This document shows positions 11,190 through 23,218 of a DNA stretch of 64,000 nt, piece after piece (position 1 is the first letter of the stretch; every line of letters begins with the position of its first letter). This stretch comes from Paraspadella gotoi. Lineage: Eukaryota; Animalia; Chaetognatha. A program made the position numbers and the translations under genes. A model generated the notes under the pieces. It was given only the letters and a program-made list of their open reading frames with translations. It ran no database searches and was not told the origin of the DNA. The DNA lies in contig CM119268.1 of NCBI GenBank assembly GCA_051294375.1, forward strand, positions 14,648,977-14,712,976, written 5' to 3'.

Positions 11190-14100
11190 CAGAAAAAGAG
11201 AGAGAGAAAAGAGAGAAAGAGCGTAAAAAGGTATGAATCATTTTATCTCGAGAACTTCTGGCTAATAAATATTACATCACTTCTTAAAAAGGGAAGGACA
11301 ACCCACCGTGATTAGCGCAGTCAGCGTGAAGCGAACCCTGTTGATCGCAATGCCACGGAAGACAATTGGGATAGGTCGTAATGACCAGGAGCACATTCGT
11401 CACAGCGCCGTTCTTTGAAGTTGGACTTGCAATGCAGGTTCCGTTGATAAAAAGGGATGTGACAAATAGACAATAGCGAAATATTGGAGGACGCGAAAAA
11501 CAATACGGTCTCGGCCACCCCAATTGATCTATTTCCAAAATAGCACTTACCCGACTCTTATCGCAGATTCCAGGGTGAGTTTCCTGCGGGATCACAGTTC
11601 GCAAAAGGGCAGGCGCGGAACCCAATAGTAACCGTCGGCGCAAGCGTCGCAATTTTGGCGTCCATAGTTGCTACGGCAACGACACTGGCCCGAGTTGGCG
11701 TCGCAGACGTCGTCGAAGGCCCCGTCGACGTCGCACTCGCAGGCTGCGAAGATGTGGTGAGTAGAAGTCAGGAGTTGGGAATAAGTAAGAGGAGTATAGT
11801 ATTTATAGTATTTACCGACGGGAATTGCCAGATTTTTAAAAAATGAAAAAGAAGAGATAGCAAAGGGCGATAAATTTGTGTTTAAATAAAAAAATAGATC
11901 CAAAAATATTTCGAACTGGTAAGTAAAGCCAGGCTTGTTAACGAGTAATAACGACATTTTATTTGACTTTGTCGACAATGGGAAAAGGACGAATGACGCA
12001 ACATTTCTTACATGTCCTGCAATCACTACACAATACGCAATGCTTATTTTTTGTTAATGGAATCGTTATCTTCTTGCAGTATGTAGTTAAAAATGTTAAA
12101 TATCAATCTTAACGACGAACAAGGCGGAGTAGGAACCGATATCATGCTTGACTTACGCTCTAATTTTCGTGAAAAAAAAAAATAACGGGTGAATATTAAT
12201 TAAATTACAAGACCGTTTTATTAATTTTGTTCCAACTTTTTTTTTCTAATTCCAAATACTTACGCTGACAAGTGGGGAAATTGAAAAATCCCGGTGCGCA
12301 CTGATCACAATCCAGACCGGTGTAGTTGGGTTTGCACGGACATTGACCGCCGCCGACCTGAGACAAAAATTACAAGATCAAAAAATTAAATTATTAAAAG
12401 TATAATTTAGTGGTAAAAACCCTGTTAGACAAATTTATTTGCAATATTTTCCGAAAGCGCCCTGTTTTATTCCAAATCAAACTTTATTAAAACCTTAGTA
12501 TTTAAATGCAATTTTATTTAAAATGCTTAATATTTTAAACTTTAATCACTATCATATTACTAAAACTAATTTTAAAACCTAAAATAAATTTAATTCTAAA
12601 TTGAAGCTGAAATGGGCGCTATTGGAATTTATTTTTACAACAAACTCGGGTGGTCAAGCCGACCGATTAATCTGACCTGACAAACGTCTCCCTCTGTTCC
12701 GTTGTAATTGCAATCGCAGGGTTGACAGACGGGGAATCCATAATAACCTCGGCTGCACCTGCAAAGTTATGAAATTCGTAAAAATTAGCAAATAAGATTT
12801 TAAAGTCACCATTCCAAACCGACAATGACGAATGTATGTTTAAAATTCACAGTTTAATGACCTAAGACCTGTTTTTTCTCCGAACCTGTCACATCCAGGC
12901 CGTGAATTTCGGGCGACACTCACAACGTCCTGTGCCCTGATCGCAGTTGCCCGTCGAGTAGGTCAGATCGCAATTGCAAGGTCGGCAGACGTTCGTGGCG
13001 TTGAGTGGAACATCGTGTGGTCTGTGTGTGGAGAAAATGATTCTAATTTTTGGACTTAGCAAATCTTTTGTTTTTCTTAAAAAATCGTTCATCGGTAAGC
13101 GCACCTCTTCCTCGATTTGGTTCCGAGATAAATTTTTTTCAAAAAGAACACTCGTCGAAATACCGATAAAATACCTCGACAAATACAACAGACCCAGTTT
13201 TTTACCGACTTGTCCGCACTACCGCACCTGTAATATCCGGGTTTGCATCTGTCACAGTTGTTGCCCTCGGTGTTGTGCCTACGTCTTGACAAACTCCACC
13301 GCCTTCGTAGTTTCCGTGATGTCCGGAGGGCGCGAGCGGTGTCGACGGCAGCGTCGTAGACGCACTGATCGGCGTGCCCGTAGCACTGACAGGCTGATGG
13401 AAGTGATGGAGGATGGGGGAATGACGTAATATTAACTAATTAAGTTATTAACGTTGGTCATATTTGTTGGGGAATGACAGTAATATTAACTAATTAGTTA
13501 TTAACATTGGTTAATATTTGTTCGTTTGTTCATATTACACAGTAACTAACTTCGCATAATCAGACAACAGCCATAAAGTGTTATATAAAACACGACTCCT
13601 CTCAAGGAAACTCACGCTCGCAGGAAAAGGGTCTTCCCTCTCGACTCTGCATCCACTTCTTCTGCACGAATCCCGGGCAACATTCTTGGCACTGAGACCC
13701 GCACGTGTTATGCTTGCACGTGCAAAGGAGACGATTGCGCGCGGCGTCGAGCTTGTCGCACACGTCCGCGTGTCCGTTGCACACGCATCGACCGCCGATG
13801 GAAATGTCCTTGACGGAATAGTAGTACTGCGAAAGAAAAAGGAGGGAATGGAGGCAGATGTTATGTTATGAAATACAAAATGGCGCCATCGTAATAGTCG
13901 TCGTCCTCAGATTCTCCACCAATCTTTAAAATTTCATTTGCATCGATCTTTGCTTCGCATTATGTTCACTCCATCGACACCTTGATTTAACGGGGTTCTT
14001 CTCTCGGGCGTTTTCATGCATTGCAAACGAAAAAGCCCCCCCCTCCCTCTCTATCCTCGTAGTGATTTTTTGTTTAAAACTCCCTCGGTAAAAACAACAG

Positions 14101-17100
14101 CAGGTGATTTGCGTGTGTAGTGGATGCGGGGCCGAAGAATTAAACAAAAAGCCCATCCAAAGAAGAGATAGGGAGTGAGAGAATCTGGAATGTCTTTACG
14201 CTAGGGTGTGGTTTTGAATCAAAAGCATAAAAGCACGCACACCAACTCCTGCTTTGAAGAAGAAAAAAAAAACTAATCTAACTTTCTCTCTTTTTTTTTT
14301 CCTCTCATTTCGAAAACTCGCTTTCCTCAACCGGAGAAAATGAGAATGGGAGAGAGAGAGAGAGGGGGGGACTCAATGTTTTTTTCTTGGGTTTTTCGCG
14401 GGGATAATTAAAGAAAAACTAAAAACTCTCCGGACGGCTTCCCGACTTTTCTTGGGTATCAAAACAATTGACTCCGACCAAAAACTCGAGAGAAGGCGAA
14501 AACCCCCCCAAAAAAAGAAAACTAATTTTTTTCCTTATTATTCATTAATTTATATTTCAAATATTGAGAGAGGATAGAAGAGCGGCCGGGTCCATTCGGT
14601 AGCCTAATTGACTTATTATGAACTTGGAATAATTTTTTTTTTTTCGCGTCAAGATTGTTTGTTTTTCTGCGAGATCTTTTTTCCCAGAGAAATTGGGTTA
14701 AATACAAAATAACAAAGATCAGCTTCCCTTCTCTGTCTTCGCGTTTCAGCCACCCTACCCTCGCAGCCCTACGATTCCGCAAAAGACTCACCCTTCGGGT
14801 CACGGAAGGATCCTGCGTCTGGACTTGCATCATCTGCGCCAAGAGGGTCTTGGTCCGCAAGAAACGCATCCGCACGTTGGTGGCTTTGGTGAAATTCTGG
14901 AGGACTTCGGAGGAGGAGAAGTTTTCGGCCGAGGGACGATCGTTGATGAGCTTCACGTACATCTGCGCCAAAGTAGAATCGGGGCTTTGTTTATTTGCTT
15001 GTTTTTTGTTTGATTTACTTTGCGGAATTAGTACAAGACATTGTCAGGATACACCCAACCCCATTTTTTTTTTTTTATTTACCAACGGCCCCGAAGCCCC
15101 CTACTCTTTCCCTATTGACTCATACGCGGGGTCCGACGAAATGGGGTGGAGATTATTTCCTGACCCGCGGGTATTTTTGTTTGTTTTGCAAGGGGGGGAA
15201 CTCTTTAAGGGATGTGAAAGTTTAGGGGTCTGTTTTCGATGGGGCCCCTAGGGGTACGTTTGGCGATCTGTGTTTCAAGGTCCGAACAACCGTGGAAGGA
15301 TGATGTTGTTCGCTGTAACAATACATAAGTATAGTAAGAAGAATTAGTATTTAAAAGTTCCTGAAATAGTAAATTTTACTCCAGCGCTTGGTATAAAATA
15401 AAGTATATAAGTTAATTTATCTTTTTTTAACCTTATTTCCGACTTTTTTTCCAGCTAAAATGATATCCAAACTCCAAAAAGTTAATGTCAGTCGATTAAT
15501 GTCTTTAAAAATAATAAACTTAACGATTTCTTTAAGTTTAACCGTATGCCCTGAATTCTTGTTCGAAACGGCGATGGACTTTCGAGGTGAGAAGTAGCCC
15601 AAGGATGCGCTCTAAAAACGGGGTGGAGTTTATTTGACGCTCGCGGGTGTGAACAAGGGGGTGTGAAAAAGTTGATTCGGACGTAGCGAAGAGGGAGAAA
15701 TGGATTGAGGGGAGCGGGGCCGGGGGAGGCTATCGCAGTCATCATCGACCGCCCGAGGCGCCCTCTCGGGGTAGAATGACGGAAACTCGGGCGAGCTGAC
15801 GACTTGATCTTAAGACATCGACGGCATGATCGTCGTCGTCATTCCTACTACTAACACTATCGTCTCGTGGGACAGAGTCATAGGGGATTTTAGATCAATC
15901 GTTTTTAAATGCCGACTTCTTCCAATTATCATCTACCATTCTATTCTTAAACGGCTTTCGTTTTTAGAGAATCTTTTGAAAACGTATTATTGAATATTTA
16001 ACAAGCAGGTATCATTATTTTTTATTATTTGTATACTCCAATACTAGCTGAATTCAAAGTCATAAATTTAAAACTTGACGCGGATTTCAAAGGCCTGCAT
16101 CTCCCAATTCCCTATACTGACCTCGCCCCCTTCCAAGGGAACGACTTTGGAGAATTCCGTGGTGCAGATGACCTGATTGTCTCCGGTTATTTTGGCCGAA
16201 GGGTCCACGTTGAAAAGATCGAGACATTCGTGCTCCGAGTCAGCGAAATATCTGGACGAATATTAAATAATAACATTTAAGGATAAATATCATTATAATC
16301 TATTCCTATCACAACATTTTGCTTAGTACAAATATGCAGTAACGCAGCAAGTAACATAATTGAAAATAATTTCACAGCCTTAAAAGTTTAAAGGATAAGC
16401 GAGGATACCAAGCGAATGAAGAAACCGGGTCAGAAAAAAAAAAAACGTTTATGTTTCCCTCCGAAAATATTTTTCATTTATCAAATTTAATGTCTTTTTT
16501 TTTTTCTTGGCAGGAAAAGAAAGGTTTCCTGGTTCTAAGTTCTCACCATCCCGGATCATCCGCCTACGATTTGTTTCTCTATATATCTCAAGTGTCAGAA
16601 CAGGCGTTTGACTTTTTAAAATCGTTTTTTATTCCGGTTGTCTCTGTCTTTTCACAGTTTTTTATTTATTTCTATCCCTCTTTTCTCTATCTCACTATCT
16701 CATACATATATTTTTTTAAAATTATCCATATATATCTTTCGATCTCTCTCTACATATATTTAGTTACATACATAATAATATATCTCTCTCGCTCTCTCTC
16801 TCTCTCACACACACACACATATACACACACACTTACTGCCAAGGGCTGTAAGTCAAGCCGTTGTCGACGGAGCGTTCGAGGACCCAGACACCAGGACGCG
16901 GCGAATTCGCCATTCGAATCCAGATGTAGGCCACGTGAAATTCCTAAGGAGGGTTGGTTACGGAGTAGGGACGTGAGAGGGATGAAAAGTGTTAAAACCC
17001 CGAGTGTCACAATGTGTTCATAACTCTCTAAATAAGTGTGAAATTTATTGAATGGAGCCCTTGGAATCACAAGTACAACGATTGTACTTTCGTAGTGGGG

Positions 17101-20100
17101 AGCAGGGGTATTCTTTGTATCAGTGGGGCCCNNNNNNNNNNTGGGGAGCAGGGGTATTCTTTGTATCAGTGGGGCCCCAAGTCTTCTACAATAAAGAATT
17201 TACATTAATGTCCACCAGATGGAAGTCATCGATTTTACAAATAAAAGACGTTAGAATCAGAATCTGCTATTAATGGGTTACTGATGGACGGATGGTGGTT
17301 CCGATTTTTCTAACAGATTTATAATTGGTTTGCTTATTTTGAATACTTAGAGAGAGAGAGAGAGATCATTTTTATGGGATTTTCGATCGTCGTCATCTTG
17401 TCTCGCCTTTTGTTTTATTACGAATCACAAGTGAAGTTGAACACCGAAAAATAAATGAGATCGATCCCCTTCGCGTATCCTTCACAATATCCGGCGAATC
17501 ACCGTGATTCGCTTCGATTTTGACAAACGACCCATGAAGGTTTTTTTTTCAGTTTCGGGAAAGCGGTGGAGGAAGGGGTGAAGACTGGAGGGTGGTGAGA
17601 AGACTCTCAATTTGTTCGACGAACATTTTCTCTCTTTTTTTTTTTTTTGTAATTCGAGATTTAACATCAAATCGAGAGACACTTGCCGACAATGGCTTCC
17701 CCTGTACTCCACATTTTAAACCCTTCACGCTGGGAATTCGAAACTTCAAAGGGAGGAAAAACGAATTGAGATTTTGTGGCTAATTCACGCTTAAAAAAAA
17801 ACAAAAAAAAAACAATAACCGATTCTTGAATTTTTTTTAAGTAAAAATTTTATAACCGAAGACTACCCTTTTCAATTTCAAGATTTTTCCTTACTCTTAG
17901 AATAAATTGTTTTTCTTTTTTTTTTTTAATATTTAGTCTCCACCGGGTATTTAAATAATAGTCCCAAAGGAATTTATCGTAACTGGTTGAAAATGGATTT
18001 TTCAAGTGTTTTTCTCTAACCAAGTTTGACGAATGAATTAAAAATAATCGAACATTATTGTGATTGTCTTTCAGATAGTTTTCATTGCAAACAAAGATCA
18101 TCGACTCATTCTGGTCTATTTTTTTTTTAATGACTCATGATCGTCGCGAAAACGAAAACGACGATGTAGTAAAGAGCCCTTGCCCCCCCACCCCTACTCC
18201 CCTGGAGACTTCACTGCCCATCCGTCTCACCGACCTCAACGGATTTTATCACCGATTCTTTTTGGTAAGTGAGTGGCTCGAGACTTTCCCTTCCCGGACG
18301 GAAAAACCACAGAGAAACCGCGAGAAAATAATCAAAGGATTCGGACCGAAATCGTAAAAAGAAGAGAGAGAGAGAGAGAGAGATCTTGTTGTAAAAAAAA
18401 TCCGGAATGAGACTGGTCTCACTGGCGGAATAAGGAGTCTCTGCGTCTGACCAGTCACGAACTAATTCGAAGAGGATACAAGGTGAGTTCGTCGCCGTGG
18501 TAAGGTTTGCGTCTCGGTCCAAAGGGGGTGGAACGACGATGAGCAGCGGGAGTAAGGGCGAGGCCGAATACCAGGATGTAAACCCAGATTTTTTTTTCTA
18601 GGTCCGCTACTTCGTGACTTGTTTATTGTTTTTTGTGGGTCGAAAAGATGAACAGTTTCGAAAAACAGGGTCGTCGAATCTCGAGTGGATCCACGGGAAG
18701 AACTTCTATGATGAATTATTTTTTTCTCGAGGGTTCGGAGAAAGTCAATAAACAAGCTTTGGGTCTGGTTCAAAAAGGTACAACAAACCGTCCAGGGGGA
18801 CCTTTGTTACTTCTGGAAGAGGAGAAATCTTGTCCCTAAGTTTTTGAAGGGCAACTTGTGGACGAGATTAAGATCTTAAATCTTAAATGCCATAGAGTAT
18901 ATGCGTGTTTAACCTTGATGTTTTTTCTCTAATCAGTAATCAATTACATTTCTCTTTCTTAGATTCAGCACTTCATATTTTAAAAACCGTTTTGACATTT
19001 AGAATGGAGGTAGGAGGAGGGAAAAGAGGTCACACAAAAGGTGGAGGAGTGAAGGTCGAATCGATCGCGCAGGAATGTGAAAAACTCACCCTAGGGTGGG
19101 GGGGAGAGTGAGAAAAGGGAGCGGGAGGACGTCGTGAAAATAGATGGATGACAGCGAATTGAAAGCGATGTGGTAAGACTGTTAGTGTACTTGGACGCAG
19201 GGATGACAGAGCGTGTCTGAGGTCAAGTCGCTCCAATCTTCGGCAATGAATTACGTCACCGATGATTAAGACTTTCGTCGTGAGAAATCGTCGGAGTCGA
19301 CAACCTTTTTCGTGAGAAAAAGAATTCGACACAAAAAGATCGGAAAAGTTAAAAAAGTCGGAATTTCCCCGTCGCGTGAAAAATATAAAAAAAACGAGGT
19401 CGCTGAATCATGCGTTCAAACGGTCGCATCGTAATCTATTTTTTATTTTTTAACTACACAAATTACAAATTAAATTTATATCTTTCTTCTTGCAGTTGCT
19501 GCTTGCTCCTGCTGTTTCCCCGTTATAGCTATTTTTTTTATTAAGCTACGAAAAGTCAATGTAAATCATAAAATCTTTTTAAAAGTTCTTATTACGATAT
19601 ATAATGTTTAAATACCGACCGAAAAAAGCGTCTTATTGAGTCGCGTCTAAACGCGATTAAAACGCCAAAGAAATTCGGTGAATTTCAATTTCACGACCCG
19701 ATAATGTTCACTTTTTCGGAATCCGATGAAAAAGGAGATATAGCGTAAATAAAAGAATCGATAAAAAATCGAAATATATTCGGCGCCTGGTCTGGTTTTC
19801 TGGTGAAGGATGCTCTGTTTACCAAAGGGCGGCGATTTTTAGAGAGGATAAAATCAACCGGAGAGAAAGATGTATAAACAGTTGGAGGAAGACATAATAC
19901 GCCAAGGATCAGTAAATTCTTTCACTGCTAAGAAATTTAGAGATACAAAATTTATAAAGGCTAGCGAGGTCGAATTACTAGATTAGACTGGTGACGTTGA
20001 ATAGTCAAATCTTAGCACTTTTTTCTTTCATCCGGACAAATCGAGCGTGAACGCCGAAAAGACTCAATCTCGTAGGAACTATAGATGGATAAAACCAAAA

Positions 20101-23100
20101 AGAAAATGATGATCTCTTTGTTTTTAAGCGAAGAAAACGTGGGAAAAATAATTACACTCAATAGAAGAAAACATCACGACGAACAAAGAAGGAAAAATCT
20201 GAGTCTCGCCATCAATGGATGCAACAGCCACAATTTTGATTATTTTACACCAAGTGACATTTTTTTATTATTTTATACTCATATTTTTTTTCGGTTAAAC
20301 TTACACACGCCGTATTGAGCATAGTCCAGCATTTTTCAGAAAAATCGGCCATTTTTTCTGGGATTTATTAGAGCATAATAAATTCCAATATCTGGTTTTT
20401 GCTGGCGCGAGCGTGTTTGGGCGGGGAGGGGGCAGCATGAGGAAGGGCAGGGCAAGGAATGACGTAGAAAAATGTATCGAAATAGGGATGTAAGAAGATT
20501 GAAAAGGGAGGGAAAAAAGGACAGCTGCTCTCTTCGTCTCCTACATCAATAAATTTTCCGTAATATGTCTGCTTAGATTAATTCGTACGCGTGGTAGGGT
20601 TTAAAAGGGAACTTAATTTCTATTAGAAGTATTTATAGTATTAGGAGTTATAGTAGTAACGAGTGTATCTACTACCAGAGGTTAAATCGTAGTATAGTGG
20701 CATACGAAAGACCGACTAGGATGCAAATTATAAAAGGTAAAAGAATAAGAGAACAAGAGACATCGGCATTGGCAAAAGAGAGAGTGATAAGAAAGCCGAA
20801 AACTTCGCACCGGCTCGCGAGACTTAGCTCGGCGAATCCCGACTTGAGATGAGATCTTTCAAAAGGGAAAGTCTGGTCGAGGAGAGGGGGAGAAACCCGG
20901 AAAGAAGTTGGGGGGGTGGCGGGGGGGTGGCGAGATTGATGGTTTGACCTACGAAAACTTTGGATATTATCGAAGAAACGAGATAAATGAGGGGCATAAT
21001 CTTCGCCCTTACAACTGGCCAGATCGCCAACGGGGTTAAACCGTCCGTCCGCTGACTTTTCCAAACTAATAACTAATGAGTAGTACAACAATTTTTCTTG
21101 TTTAGATTTCAGGGAATCAAAAAGGCAAACCTTTCTAAATTTTACGAGTCCCTTATCCCAAAACTTTTTAATCCTTTCCTCCTAAACTTTCTTTCCATAC
21201 TAAAAAAAAATGAATAAAAATATCCGAGCCAAAAATGATATTTTTATCTTTCCAAAAAAATCTTGTTACCATATTCTTTTTCAAAGTTTTCTGTTTCCAA
21301 GTAAAAATTTAATTTTGATAAGAGGACGCCGGTGTGAGGGGAGAGAGAGAGAGAAAAGTTCGGTTAATATTCTTGAAGGATTCAAGTGGAACCTCAGGAT
21401 GCCGATGCTCCAAAATAACATTAGTTCGTCTTCAGTTTTTAAGTGGATAAACTCCAAGAGGCGAACAGATTTCGTCGCGGGGATTTCGACGGTGATCATT
21501 TTATTTCCTGGTGGAGTGAAACGGAAATCGAGTCTCTTCGATTCACAGATGTGATTTTAACAAGAAATTAAAAGAAAACGACGCCGAGCTGACCCCTCTT
21601 CACCTAATCACCAATCACAGAGCGCGACCACTCACAAAAGTCAGCGCAGAGGGATTCGCTCAAAACCGAAATCGACTCTTAAGATAACAACAGCTGCTAT
21701 TTTAAAAGGGGAAACAGATTCCCTTTTCTGCTCTGATTCTCGATCTGTTTTCGTTGGTCATAGTTTCCGGCATTGATGGTTCGCCCTCTCTCCATCCGAG
21801 ACGCGAAGTGAGGAATCCCGTTCACGCCCGCCCCCCCTTTCTCCCCCAGCAATTTTTTTTTTATTCTTACGGCTATTAAATTAGACATTTCCCAGCATAT
21901 TTCCTTCTTTTATCAAGTTAGCGACACAAGCTAAGTGACGTCAGTTTTTAAGTTTTTAACTAAATGTTAGGGCGATCTTTAGTTCGGTGACCGATTTATT
22001 TTCCAAGTTTTTAGCGTATTGTTCTCCAACCGCTTATTGTAATTTCAAGAAAAAAAACGTCTTCCAATTCGCAATCACAACGAAAAAGAAAGGAAATTCA
22101 TGATGAAGAAAAAAAGGAAAAATTTCATAAAATAAATTTCATAAAATAAATACAAAAAAATTTCATGAAATTTTTATTTTTATACCGTTTGTAAGCTAGC
22201 GGTTTCTCTTTTATATATTCAGTGACACCTACTAAAAAAAAAATTATCATCATCATCATCGTAAGTTGTTTAATTTTTTTTTTGTTTCCGTGAACAAAAT
22301 GAGAAGAATCACCGAGGCCAAGACCCGTCTCCGGTGGTCAACCATTCTTCCTCGGCGATTGGGACATTGTGATCCGAAATCGAAGAAAGGGTGACAACAA
22401 AAGGACGAGGGTGAGAAGAGGCAAAGAGGCAGACTAAACAACGTGTGAGGTCACTCTCTCTCTCCAAAGAAGTGGTCAAAAGAAAATGGGCGGATCGAAA
22501 TTCCTAAAATGACCAATTCGCTTCATTCTCGCTATATTTAAAAAGGAAGGGATTAAGTTCGTTTAAAGGTTTTTTTTCAAGAAATTTCGCAATTCTATCG
22601 CCCGGATTTTGAAAGGCAGGAAAACCTCGAAAAAACCCTAAGAACATTGTAAGAAAGTTAGGAATTTTTATGGCAGTGGGGAATCTAGGATTTCTTCCAG
22701 ACTCCACTGTAAAATGCCGAGAGAGAGAGAGAAAGAGAGAGAGAGTTCAGGCTGCATATAATCGAAAATGGATCCCTGTTTCCTCTTGACAAAAAGAAAG
22801 TAAAGGGCAACACAGAGAAAAATCGAACAGAACAAAGAATCAGGAGTAAACACTCAACAGGCGATACATTTAGCTCCATTTAACGTTCGAGATTTTCTTT
22901 GCTGCCTTTTGTTTTGATATAAAAGTTTGTTCTCGTAAGAGTACGCTATTCTGAATTTATATTCTTTCAATGATTAAAAATTAAAAAAACCTAAAAAAAA
23001 AAAAGAATTTCTGCGATTTCAAGATTAAAAGGAAATAAAGAGAATAAAAATAATAAAATCTGAAAAAAAACTTGAGAGGCGAATCTCCCCTTAATCGCGG

Positions 23101-23175
23101 TGGGACGGCGGCTCGACGGCCTCTGGGGGGGTTTTTCTCTGGTGTCAAGGTGTAAAGGAAACATTCAGGTCTGAA

Positions 23176-23218
<43 letters not shown>

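Larger units (their letters stand above)
7177..11343. repeat. Tandem duplicate of laminin exons 12-18 (7177-9043 vs 9069-11343) around a 25-N gap; likely overfill or haplotype artefact
   Basis: Collinear near-identical copies separated by exactly 25 N; differences are mostly indels, plus one 234-bp insertion. Confidence 0.9.

Noticed and set aside
5474-13393. Laminin alpha as a pseudogene
   Set aside because: Lesions are small indels confined to patched regions and differ between the duplicate copies, while LN exons and nearly all splice sites are intact
17096-17178. About 36-bp direct repeat flanking a 10-N gap
   Set aside because: Typical overlapping contig ends at a negative-size gap
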